NCBI GenBank assembly: GCA_963842085.1
Contig: CAWJET010000001.1
Span: 1,760,001 to 1,824,000 of the forward strand
From: an uncultured delta proteobacterium
GTDB taxonomy: Bacteria; Desulfobacterota; Binatia; Binatales; Binataceae
Direction: 5' to 3'
Length of the DNA stretch: 64,000 bases
Below the pieces are notes generated by a model. The model was not told the origin of the DNA and did not search any database. It was given only the letters and a program-made list of their open reading frames with translations. The position numbers and the translations under genes were made by a program. The first letter of the stretch is position 1. Each line of letters opens with the position of its first letter. Shown piece after piece: positions 9,582 to 18,343 of this stretch.

Positions 9582-10451
9582 ATGCAAACGGTACACGCTG
9601 CCGACATCGAATGGGGCGAAGTTTCGGGGCATCGCTCGGGCGGGATCGAGTTCAAACGCTTGCTCCAAGGCACACCCGGCACGCCCGATAATTTCGAGCT
9701 GAGTATCGTGCGAACGGCCGGCGACTACTTCACCCCGCGCCATCGCCACAATTTCGACCAGGTCCGTTTCTGCCTAGAAGGCGCGATGAACTACGCACCC
9801 GGCAAGGATCTCAAGGCCGGCACCGTCGGTTACTTTCCCGAGGGCACCTTCTACGGCCCGCAGTCCGACACCAGCAAATCCGTCGTGTTGCTGCTGCAGA
9901 TGGGCGGGTCGGCCGGCTACGGCTTCATGAGCTATCAGCAGTTGCACGCGGGCTACGAAAAGCTGTCCGACCTCGGTCGATTCGATGGCGGAGTCTTCAC
10001 GCGCTCCACTCCTGACGGCCGCGTCATTCGCAAGGACGGCTACGAGGCGATTTGGGAGCACGTCAACGGCCGCCCCGTCGAGTATCCGGCGCCGCGCTAC
10101 GAGGAGCCGGTGGTCATTCATCCCGAGGGCTTCGGATGGCTTGCGACGCGCGACCCGGGCTTCGAGTTGAAGCACATGGCAACGTTCGGCGAGCGCGCCG
10201 TGAACATCGGACAGATCCGCGCCACGCGCGGAGCGCGTCACCTCGTCGATCGGCATCGCGCGCCCGAGCTCCTGCTCGTCGAGCGCGGTGCGATTCGCGA
10301 CGTTACCTCGGGCGAGGTGCTCGACACTCACTCGGCGTTCCGCGTCGATCCCGCCGACACCGGCCGCGCACTCGAAGTCGTGGAAGACTGCGTGCTGTTC
10401 TTCGTCCAGCTTCCGAAATTCGACACGAAATCGGCAGCCGCAGCCGCCTGA
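9582..10451 (+). CDS. Uncharacterised cupin-like protein
   Basis: FTPRHRHNFDQVRF and YFPEGTFYGPQ, a His-containing beta-barrel-type motif; first gene of an oxygenase operon. Confidence 0.65.
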   Translation: MQTVHAADIEWGEVSGHRSGGIEFKRLLQGTPGTPDNFELSIVRTAGDYFTPRHRHNFDQVRFCLEGAMNYAPGKDLKAGTVGYFPEGTFYGPQSDTSKSVVLLLQMGGSAGYGFMSYQQLHAGYEKLSDLGRFDGGVFTRSTPDGRVIRKDGYEAIWEHVNGRPVEYPAPRYEEPVVIHPEGFGWLATRDPGFELKHMATFGERAVNIGQIRATRGARHLVDRHRAPELLLVERGAIRDVTSGEVLDTHSAFRVDPADTGRALEVVEDCVLFFVQLPKFDTKSAAAAA

Positions 10452-10486
10452 GCGCTGCACGCGGCTGACTACTGGAGGCCCTCACG

Positions 10487-11488
10487 ATGGCATCAACGAC
10501 CGCAATACCGCGCGCGCACGGCGCCCGCACTCCCAAACCGCGCGCACGCGGTGGCCGCGCTAAGACGCCTGCGGGATTCCATCAATCGTGGTACGCGATC
10601 GCGCGCTCCGACGAAGTTGGCCTCGGCGAAGTGATCGGCCGCGACTTCCTCGACGGCCGGGCGATCGCCTATCGCGGCGAGAACGGCCAGGCCGTCGTGA
10701 TGAACGCGTATTGCCGCCATCTCGGCGCCGACTTGAGCATGGGCAAAGTCGTCGGCAACGACATCCGATGCGCGTTCCATCATTGGCAATACGGTGCCGA
10801 CGGCGGATGCACCAAAATTCCCGCGTCCGAAAAAATTCCCAAGGCTGCAAGAGTGTTCAAATTTCCGAGCGCCGAGAAGTGGGGACTGATTTGGGCGTTC
10901 AACGGAACCACGCCGCTGTTCGACGTGCCCGAATTCGTCGGCTACGCCGAGCCCGACCTCGACGTCCGCACCGCGGAGGCATTCGATTTGCCGGTCGAGC
11001 CGTGGGTGCCCTTCACCAACTCGATGGATTTTCAGCATCTGCGCGTCCTGCACGGTCTCAAGATTGAATGCGACCCCGACGCGATCGACGTCGGCGACTA
11101 CCGCATCCAGTATGATGTGCGCTTCGAGGATCCCAACCTCGGCGTCTTCGATCAGCGAATCCGCGTGACCGGCACCAACACGATCGCGCTGGCAGGACGC
11201 CTCAACGGCATGGCGATTCTCTCGATGGCGACCGGGACGCCGACGCCCGACGGCCGCACCCACGGATGGTCCGTCACGGCGACGCCGAAGTCCGAGGGCA
11301 ACGACGCCGAGCGCGAGCAGCGGCTCCAGATCGGCGAGGCATTCTTCCGCCGCCTCATCCAGGAAGACGAGCCCATCATGCAGACCATCCGCTTTCACGA
11401 CGGCTTGCTGATCGACGCCGACCGCGCGCTCGCGCGCTTCCTGCAATACGTGCGGCGCTTTCCAACCGCGCGACCCGCCGCGGATTAA
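10487..11488 (+). CDS. Rieske non-heme iron oxygenase (KshA/PrnD-like)
   Basis: Rieske CRHLG...CAFHHW and mononuclear Fe motif NSMDFQHLRVLH. Confidence 0.88.
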   Translation: MASTTAIPRAHGARTPKPRARGGRAKTPAGFHQSWYAIARSDEVGLGEVIGRDFLDGRAIAYRGENGQAVVMNAYCRHLGADLSMGKVVGNDIRCAFHHWQYGADGGCTKIPASEKIPKAARVFKFPSAEKWGLIWAFNGTTPLFDVPEFVGYAEPDLDVRTAEAFDLPVEPWVPFTNSMDFQHLRVLHGLKIECDPDAIDVGDYRIQYDVRFEDPNLGVFDQRIRVTGTNTIALAGRLNGMAILSMATGTPTPDGRTHGWSVTATPKSEGNDAEREQRLQIGEAFFRRLIQEDEPIMQTIRFHDGLLIDADRALARFLQYVRRFPTARPAAD

Positions 11489-11507
11489 CCGACAGGAGGC
11501 AAATAAA

Positions 11508-12287
11508 ATGGCTCGTCTGACCGGCAAGGTAGCGTTAATCGTCGGCGGCGGTGCGGACGGCCCGGCTAAAGCGGGCGACAAGCTCTCGATCGGCAACGGC
11601 CGCGCCACCGCAATCATGTGCGCGCGCGAAGGCGCGTCCGTGATGGTCGCCGATCGCTCGCTCGAGCTCGCGCAGCAGACCGCCGCCGCGATTCGCGACG
11701 AAGGTGGACGCGCCGACGCCGTCGCCGCCGACGTCAGCGTCGAGGAGCAATGCCGCGGCGCCGTCGAAGCCACGACGCGCGCGTTCTCCGCGCTCCATCT
11801 GCTCGTGAACAACGTCGGCATCGCCATCGGCGGCAACCTGTTGAAGACCAGCACCGAGCACTTCGATACGATGCTTGCCGTCAACCTCCGCAGCCATTTC
11901 CTGATGATGCGCTATGCAGTACCGGAAATTGCGAAAGCCGGCGGCGGCGCGATCGTCAACGTCTCGTCCCTGGCCGCGCTGCGCAGCAACTCGCAGATTT
12001 CCTACGAGGCGACCAAGGCCGCGCTGCTGGGACTCTCGCGCTCGGCCGCGGTTTCGCACGCGCGCGACAATATCCGGGTCAACACGATTCTGCCTGGACT
12101 TATCGACTCCTCGATGGTGCGACGGCTCGTCGGCGACCGCGAGAGCGCCGTCGCCCCGCGAATCCCGATGCGCCGGCAGGGCACGCCGTGGGAAATCGCA
12201 AATGCGATCGTCTTCCTCCTCTCCGACGACGCGTCCTACATCACCGGCACCGAATTGATCGTCGACGGCGGCCTCGCCGCACGCTGA
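11508..12287 (+). CDS. Classical SDR oxidoreductase
   Basis: GKVALIVGG, NNVGI, YEATK catalytic YxxxK, ITGTELIVDGG. Confidence 0.92.
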   Translation: MARLTGKVALIVGGGADGPAKAGDKLSIGNGRATAIMCAREGASVMVADRSLELAQQTAAAIRDEGGRADAVAADVSVEEQCRGAVEATTRAFSALHLLVNNVGIAIGGNLLKTSTEHFDTMLAVNLRSHFLMMRYAVPEIAKAGGGAIVNVSSLAALRSNSQISYEATKAALLGLSRSAAVSHARDNIRVNTILPGLIDSSMVRRLVGDRESAVAPRIPMRRQGTPWEIANAIVFLLSDDASYITGTELIVDGGLAAR

Positions 12288-12304
12288 ACGCCGCGAGGTG
12301 AATC

Positions 12305-13315
12305 GTGCGCAAGGTGAAAGTTGGCTATCAGCTCGATTTCCGCAATCCACCCGGCTCGACGCTGTCGTTTCGCGACCTCTACCGCGAATCGCTCGCGCAG
12401 GTTGAGGCCGCCGAGCAGCTCGGCTTCGATTCCATCTGGCTCACCGAGCATCACTTTACCGACGACGGCTACCTGCCCGCGCTGATGCCCGCGGCGGCTG
12501 CGATCGCGGCGCGCACGACGCGCGTCACCATCGGCACCTACGTCCTGCTGGCGCCGTTTTTTCATCCGCTGAAGCTGGCGGAGGAGGCGGCCTTCGTCGA
12601 CGTAGTCTCGGGCGGTCGGCTTAGGCTGGGAATCGGTCTCGGTTATCGCGCCGAGGAGTTCGAGGGCTTCGGCGTGCCGCGCGCCCAGCGACTCGGTCGC
12701 ACGCTCGAGACCATCGAAATTCTCAAGCACGCGTGGACCGGCGAGCGATTCAGCTTCGACGGTAAATATTTCAAGTTCCGCGACGTGCGCGTGCTGCCGC
12801 GACCTGTAAGCCAGCCGCATCCCGAACTCCTGTGGGGCGCAGGCGCGGCCAAGTCGATTCGGCGCGCGGCCGAGCTCGATCTCGGGTTCGCATGCGTCGG
12901 CGGCCGCCGGGAAATCGGCATCTATCTCGAGGCGCTCAAGGCCGCGGGCAAGGACGTCGCGCGCTATAGCATCGTCAACAGCCGCGTAGTTTACGTCGCC
13001 GACAGCGAGGAGCAGGCGTGGCGCGACACGCGCGACGCGCTCATGTACCAGGCCGAGCTCTACGGGAAATGGCTCTCTGCCGCGGCAGGCACCACCGACC
13101 AGAGCAAGGTGCTGATTCGTCCTGACCCCGAGCGTCTCAGACGCACCAGCGTGCTGGGAACGGCCTCCGATGTCGCCGCGCGGCTCGGCGAAATACTCGA
13201 ATCGACCCCGATGACCGAGCTTATCGTCGTGACGCAGTTGCCGGGGCTCGATCCCGCCAAGGCGCGCCGCTCGCTCGACAGGTTCGGCGCCGAAATCCTG
13301 CCGCGTCTCAGGTAG
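12305..13315 (+). CDS. LLM-class (luciferase-like) flavin-dependent oxidoreductase
   Basis: AEQLGFDSIWLTEHHF, LAEEAAFVDVVSGGRLRLGIGLGYR. Confidence 0.92.
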   Translation: MRKVKVGYQLDFRNPPGSTLSFRDLYRESLAQVEAAEQLGFDSIWLTEHHFTDDGYLPALMPAAAAIAARTTRVTIGTYVLLAPFFHPLKLAEEAAFVDVVSGGRLRLGIGLGYRAEEFEGFGVPRAQRLGRTLETIEILKHAWTGERFSFDGKYFKFRDVRVLPRPVSQPHPELLWGAGAAKSIRRAAELDLGFACVGGRREIGIYLEALKAAGKDVARYSIVNSRVVYVADSEEQAWRDTRDALMYQAELYGKWLSAAAGTTDQSKVLIRPDPERLRRTSVLGTASDVAARLGEILESTPMTELIVVTQLPGLDPAKARRSLDRFGAEILPRLR

Positions 13316-13359
13316 CCTGGCTGTCGGAAAAAGAAAGCCCCCGGAGTTACCGGGGGGCT
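13261..13359 (+). repeat. Left copy of ~100-bp imperfect direct repeat (LLM 3' end plus hairpin)
   Basis: tcgctcgacaggttcggcgccgaaatcctgccgcgtctcaggtagc...cggaaaaagaaagcccc recurs at 15765-15863. Confidence 0.85.
13328..13359 (-). terminator. Intrinsic terminator between convergent genes
   Basis: AGCCCCCGG-AGTTA-CCGGGGGGCT hairpin with an A-tract on its left (U-tract on the minus strand). Confidence 0.75.
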
Positions 13360-13379
13360 GTCGATCTCACAATTCTACA

Positions 13380-15695
13380 TCACGGCAGGTCTGGCGAGAT
13401 TGTGGCAATCGACTCTCTCATGGCTTTTAGCTGGTTGAAGATTCCCAGCAGCTTCGTGCGATCGCGATGCTTGCCGGCCTTTTGCAACTCGACCTGGAGG
13501 TTCTGCGCCTGGGTCTGAACGGTGAGGTAATCGTCCGGCACGGCCACGTGCGCTCCCGCAATGACGCGGTCAACGTCGCCAAGATCCGAGGTGCAGTTGA
13601 GGACCGGTACTGTAATGGGCAAGCCGGCATCAATTCGATTGATGGAATCGTCCACCAGCCGCTCGCAATCGGCGATGCTGTATACAGTGCTCAACGCGCG
13701 CAGGAAGAAGCCGATCTGATTCAATACCTGCTGCGTGTCGCCGCCAGTATAAGTGCTGGCCAGGTTGGTCAGCGACAAAGCTCCGCAACCCGTCCCACCA
13801 GGGCAGCCTCTGCCTCTTGGGGGAGCAGAGGGAAACCCGGCGTCTAGAGACTCGTCGAAGGCGGTGGTGAAGTAGAACGACGCGGCGTCCTCGATATTGG
13901 TGGCGATTCCGCTGTCGTGGAAGAACGCATTCTTGCGAGGGGCTTCGATGATCGACTGGATGTTAAAATCGCCCTGAAACGCCCCCTGATCCTGGGGGAT
14001 CACGACCGGGGAAACCACCTCATTTAGCGGAAGCGAGCCACCGGGGCCCGAAAAACCGGCAAACGGATCGCCAACTTCCCTCAAGGCATCCGTGTTAGTG
14101 CTGGTGATGAAGTTTCTTCCTGCTTTGCTTAGCCGCTGACTGGCGATTCCAAGATTGAGCCAGGTGATTTCGTTATCTACCACCGTGTCTCCGATCACGG
14201 TTGGCCAAGCCGGCTCGACCGCGCCGGAGGTTCCAACGGCACCGGCGCTGCTGGTGTAGGCGAGGAAGAGATACGGATTGGTCGCATCGGTCGGCGTTAC
14301 GACGCCCCATCGCGAATTGTTCGGCGAGCCGATTGCCGGGACGTAGGTTTGACCGGGCTGCCATGTCGTCGCGACATTTTCCGGGCTGACGACCAGAGCT
14401 GGCGCTAAGGCGGGTTCTCCGCGAATGCCATCGGCAGTAGCCTGCGCCCCGCCGTTGAAATGGCAGAGATTACAGCTCGCACGGCTGTCGAGAAAGATTG
14501 CCTTGCCCGTCTCCGCAACAGCGTCGTTGAAGGTGATTACGCTTTGCGAGAATGAAGTCTGAGTTCCGTTCCTGCCTGTGGCGAAAGCGCTGGCCGAGAA
14601 CTGCGCGCCCGTGCAAATCGCCGAGGGAGCCGAGTTGGAACAGAGCGCGAGTTCGAATTGGCGGCCTAGGTATTCCTGGAATGCTGCCATCGCGTCGAGT
14701 TCGGCGGCAGTTGGGCATCGAAAATCGGGGCCGGGAACCCGGTTCAGGCTGCGCGTAAAATGTTTGCGGACCGCGCCAAGTGAAAATGTCCGGAGCGCAA
14801 GCGTGAGATCGGTCGGACGCGCCGCAAACTCATTGATCGCGTCAACGCAGTCGGCGTTCTTCGGAGAATTGGCAATTATCGACGGATCGATCAGGGCACC
14901 GTCTCCACCCCATCCAAGTTCAATATCCCGGGTGCCGTCGTCGGCGACGCCTCCTCCGATAGCTGCACCCGGACAAGGTGCAGCAACTATCATGAAGCCG
15001 CCGCTGCCTGTGCCCGAGGTCACCGACGCGAAAGTGAACTGCGTCGCCGAGAGCACGCCGGAGGCTGTAGTAGGCGCGATCAGGCCAGTTACCGTTGCGG
15101 TCGCATTGAATCCATCAATCGAATTGTTTTCGAATGAGATTGTCTCTCCTTCGAAAAGCTCCATGGGTTCGATCATCGTCACGGTAGCAGTCGCACCGTC
15201 GCCCGTGATCGAGGAAACCACCCCGGAATTCACGCAGAGGTTCGAGGTCGTAAACGCCAAACCTCCGAGCGCCATCGAAGCCCGGAGCGGACCTTCGGGG
15301 TTGTTGACGTTGCCCGGGGGTCCGTTCGCGATGTTGAACAACGTTAGCTTCTGAACTGTCGTCGGGTTTTCAAGATTCGGGTTCTTAGTCGCCAGAACCA
15401 GGTTCCTGTCGTGAGCACTCATCGAGGCGAGGTCCGAGGGAGCCAGGCCGTAGTCGTGCTCGGGTATATGGCAGGTCTTGCAGGTGCGGCCGTTGCCGTT
15501 GAATGTTTCCTGGGTGAAAAGCTTGAATCCCTTATCGATCAGCTTTGCGCCCTTTACGTCAAATGCCGACGCGGTCGGCGAGCCAGCCAACCCCCATGCC
15601 AGCAGTGCCAAGGCATGGATTGTGAGGGTTGACCGCCAGGTGCTTTGTCTTGCGACTCGCTTGCGGCAGGAAATCAGCCGGTGCTGCAGTTTCAT
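13380..15695 (-). CDS. Secreted di-heme cytochrome c peroxidase/MauG-superfamily protein with inserted domains
   Basis: GGAGG RBS before ATG 15695; signal peptide; LFTQETFNGNGRTCKTCH, GWGGDG, GKAIF...CNLCH, FFHDSG. Confidence 0.75.
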   Translation of the reverse strand: MKLQHRLISCRKRVARQSTWRSTLTIHALALLAWGLAGSPTASAFDVKGAKLIDKGFKLFTQETFNGNGRTCKTCHIPEHDYGLAPSDLASMSAHDRNLVLATKNPNLENPTTVQKLTLFNIANGPPGNVNNPEGPLRASMALGGLAFTTSNLCVNSGVVSSITGDGATATVTMIEPMELFEGETISFENNSIDGFNATATVTGLIAPTTASGVLSATQFTFASVTSGTGSGGFMIVAAPCPGAAIGGGVADDGTRDIELGWGGDGALIDPSIIANSPKNADCVDAINEFAARPTDLTLALRTFSLGAVRKHFTRSLNRVPGPDFRCPTAAELDAMAAFQEYLGRQFELALCSNSAPSAICTGAQFSASAFATGRNGTQTSFSQSVITFNDAVAETGKAIFLDSRASCNLCHFNGGAQATADGIRGEPALAPALVVSPENVATTWQPGQTYVPAIGSPNNSRWGVVTPTDATNPYLFLAYTSSAGAVGTSGAVEPAWPTVIGDTVVDNEITWLNLGIASQRLSKAGRNFITSTNTDALREVGDPFAGFSGPGGSLPLNEVVSPVVIPQDQGAFQGDFNIQSIIEAPRKNAFFHDSGIATNIEDAASFYFTTAFDESLDAGFPSAPPRGRGCPGGTGCGALSLTNLASTYTGGDTQQVLNQIGFFLRALSTVYSIADCERLVDDSINRIDAGLPITVPVLNCTSDLGDVDRVIAGAHVAVPDDYLTVQTQAQNLQVELQKAGKHRDRTKLLGIFNQLKAMRESIATISPDLP

Positions 15696-15764
15696 CGCAA
15701 ATCCTCCCGTTAAGACAAGCAGGCCAATCCGCACATTTGGACCGCAACGTAGTCGCCACTCGCC

Positions 15765-15863
15765 GGCGTGGCGGTCGCTCGACCGGGTTCGGCGCCGAAG
15801 TCCTGCCGCGTCTCAGGCAGCTTCGATTCCGGAAGAAGAAAACCCCGAGTTGATGGGGTTTTC
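15765..15863 (+). repeat. Right copy of the ~100-bp direct repeat, with GAAAACCCC/GGGGTTTTC hairpin
   Basis: tcgctcgaccgggttcggcgccgaagtcctgccgcgtctcaggcagc...cggaagaagaaaacccc; translates FGAEVLPRLR versus the LLM end FGAEILPRLR. Confidence 0.85.
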
Positions 15864-16200
15864 GGTTCACACGACCAAGTTGATCCCGGTCCCCTTGGGA
15901 CAGTTGCCGGAAGATTCATCGCAGAAAACTATCGGTAGAGTCAATCGTTTTATTGAACCTACTTTAGATAACAATCGCATATCTCGCTATTTTGCATCTT
16001 AGACACTCATTGGCGGAGTGCATGATGTCGGCTCGTGACCTGAGGTTCGCACGCTTCATTGGCCCTCTTCCAATGAATATTGCGCGGGCACAAACGTCTC
16101 ATGCGGCGCAGCTAGCTCGTAACCAGCAGACGTTCCCGCCAGAGCGCGGCCCGGCGGCTGCGTTTGCCGAATGCTCCGGCGCCATCGTAGAGTGAGTTGC

Positions 16201-17049
16201 ATGCCGGTCGCATACATCCCCCGTACCCGCGAGCTCTACAGCGAGTTCACTCCCTACCGATGGGTCGAGAACGAATCCGCGCCGTTCACTCCGCTGACCA
16301 AGCCTATCGCCGAGTGCAGAGTCGCCATGATCAGTTCGGGCGGAATCATGTATCGCGATCAGCCGCGCTTCCATCGCGAAGACGCATCGTACCGCCGCAT
16401 CCCCGTTCACGCGCGCGCTGACGAACTCAGCGTGTGGCACTTCGGCTATCCCACTCGCGACGCCGAGCGCGACGTGAACTGCGTCTTCCCGCTCGCGCGG
16501 ATGCGTGAGCTCGAAGCGGCCGGCGTGATCGGCGAACTCGCCGACCCCGTGTTCAGCTTCATGGGCGGCATCTATTCGGCGCGGAAAGTCCGCGACGAAC
16601 TTGCGCCGCAAATCGTCGACGAGCTCAAGCGCGCCCACGCCGACGCCTTCTTCCTCGTCCCCGCATGACCCGTCTGCCATCAGTCCGTTGGACTGATCGC
16701 ACGCGCAGTCGAAGCAGCGGGAATTCCCACGCTCTCAATGACTTCGGCGCTCGACATCACTCAGTCGGTCAAGCCGCCGCGCGCGGTGTTCCTCAATTTC
16801 CCGCTCGGCCATCAGACTGGCCCGCCCGATCAACCCGAACTGCAACGCCGGATCGTTACCGACGCGATGCGCGCGTTCGAGACCATTACCGCTCCCGCGA
16901 CAATCGTCGAGCTGTCCTACGTCTGGGACGCCAACGATCGCTCGTGGGAAGAAATCGACTACACCAAGGGATGGATGCCGGCGCGTCCGTCGCGCGAAGC
17001 TGCCGACGCACTCGAAGTCGAGCGCCAGTCCAAATTCCGCCGCAGCTAG
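16201..17049 (+). CDS. Selenoprotein of the glycine/sarcosine/betaine reductase B / D-proline reductase PrdB family (Sec at codon 156, 282 aa)
   Basis: ORFs 16171-16668 and 16738-17049 share a frame; reading through TGA 16666-16668 gives FLVPA-U-PVCHQSVGLIARAVEAAGIPT (UxxC active-site motif); also RVAMISSGG, DVNCVFPL, PPRAVFLNFPLGH. Confidence 0.92.
16675..16701 (+). promoter_or_regulatory. Bacterial SECIS-like stem-loop
   Basis: TGC-C-ATCAGTCC-GTT-GGACTGAT-C-GCA: perfect 8-bp upper stem, loop starting with G after an 18-nt spacer from the UGA. Confidence 0.8.
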
Positions 17050-17139
17050 TTCCGCACTCCACATCTCGCACTTTGCGACCGGCGCGAGTAGTTTCATCCG
17101 AGCGGCCGCCGCGGCGCGGCAACCACACGGGGAGGCGCG

Positions 17140-17538
17140 ATGTATATGGTTGGATATCACGAACTCGAGATCGTAACGCTGCTGGCGTTGCTCGAATACT
17201 CGATACTAGGCGTGATGGTTGGACGCGCGCGGCTAACGTATGGCGTCGAGGCGCCTGCGACCACCGGCAATCCCGACTTCGAGCGCTACTTCCGCGTCCA
17301 TGTAAACACGCTCGAGAGTCTCATCGTTTTCATCCCCGCAGTGTGGATTTTCTCGCTGACGGTGAGCTACCACTTCGGCGTCGCACTCGGATTGCTGTTC
17401 GTAATCGCGCGCATTATCTACGCATCGGGCTACCTGAGTGCGGCGTCCAAGCGCGCACCGGGCGCGATCGCCACCGCGGTGATTAACGGCATCCTGGTGC
17501 TGGGCGCCCTGATCACAATCACAATCAAAGCACTGTAA
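17140..17538 (+). CDS. MAPEG family membrane protein
   Basis: VGRARLTYGVEAPATTGNPDFERYFRVHVNTLE; multiple TM helices. Confidence 0.9.
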   Translation: MYMVGYHELEIVTLLALLEYSILGVMVGRARLTYGVEAPATTGNPDFERYFRVHVNTLESLIVFIPAVWIFSLTVSYHFGVALGLLFVIARIIYASGYLSAASKRAPGAIATAVINGILVLGALITITIKAL

Positions 17539-17700
17539 CTCGCGGAATCTGGAACTCGGTCAATTACCCGGCAACGGGCGAAGCAAAGAAGAGCCGGGAA
17601 TTCTTCCACCTTAACAAGTTCTAAAGTTCCTTCCGCTTTACCTCCTGCCCCCGCCACGGTTAAAGTTCTCTTTGATTCAATCATCGAGGAGAGTTCACTC

Positions 17701-18222
17701 ATGGCGGAAGAACGCAAAGGCGCCGTTACGATGCGGGGAAACCCGATGACCCTGGTGGGCCCCGAAATCAAGGTCGGACAAAAAGCACCCAACTTCACCG
17801 TCGTCGGCAAGGGGATGCAGCCGGCGACACTCGATCAATTCAAGGGCAAGGTCAAAATCATCACGACCGTGCCCTCGCTCGACACTCCCGTTTGCGACGC
17901 CGAAACGCGCCGCTTCAACGTCGAGGCGAGCAACTTGCCCGGCGACGTGCAGATTCTCTCGGTCTCGATGGACCTGCCGTTTGCGCAAGCACGATGGTGC
18001 GGCGCGGCCGGCGTGGACAAGGTCACCACGCTAAGCGACTGGCGCAGCGCTAACTTCGGCACCAGCTACGGCGCGTTGATCAAGGAACTGCATCTGCTGG
18101 CGCGAGCCGTCTTCGTCGTGGACAAGAACGACAACGTCACCTACGTCGAATACGTCAAGGAGATCGCCAACCAGCCCAACTTCGAGGCCGCGCTGGAAGC
18201 AGCCAAAAAAGCCGCCGCCTGA
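17701..18222 (+). CDS. tpx: Thiol peroxidase (atypical 2-Cys peroxiredoxin)
   Basis: VPSLDTPVCDAETRRFN, SMDLPFAQARWCGA, LLARAVFVVD. Confidence 0.95.
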   Translation: MAEERKGAVTMRGNPMTLVGPEIKVGQKAPNFTVVGKGMQPATLDQFKGKVKIITTVPSLDTPVCDAETRRFNVEASNLPGDVQILSVSMDLPFAQARWCGAAGVDKVTTLSDWRSANFGTSYGALIKELHLLARAVFVVDKNDNVTYVEYVKEIANQPNFEAALEAAKKAAA

Positions 18223-18343
18223 TCCCTCGTCCGTTATACGCGAGAGGCGGCCGACCGCCCGGCGGCCGGTAGGTGAAGGTTCTGCCGCCGCTGCACGAGG
18301 CTAATACAACCCGCGGGCGGACGTGTCATCGGCGCGTCCGCCC

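Noticed and set aside
10493-11884. 463-aa minus-strand ORF
   Set aside because: Antisense shadow of the Rieske and SDR genes, typical of high-GC DNA
13261-15863. Prophage or integrative element between att-like repeats
   Set aside because: No integrase or phage genes inside; kept only as a repeat-flanked cassette
16171-17049. Two separate genes or a nonsense pseudogene (ORFs 16171-16668 and 16738-17049)
   Set aside because: The TGA falls exactly at the UxxC catalytic position and is followed by a SECIS-like hairpin, so Sec recoding explains it better
16665-17486. 273-aa ORF starting at the ATGA overlap
   Set aside because: Arg-rich shadow frame over the selenoprotein C-half and MAPEG
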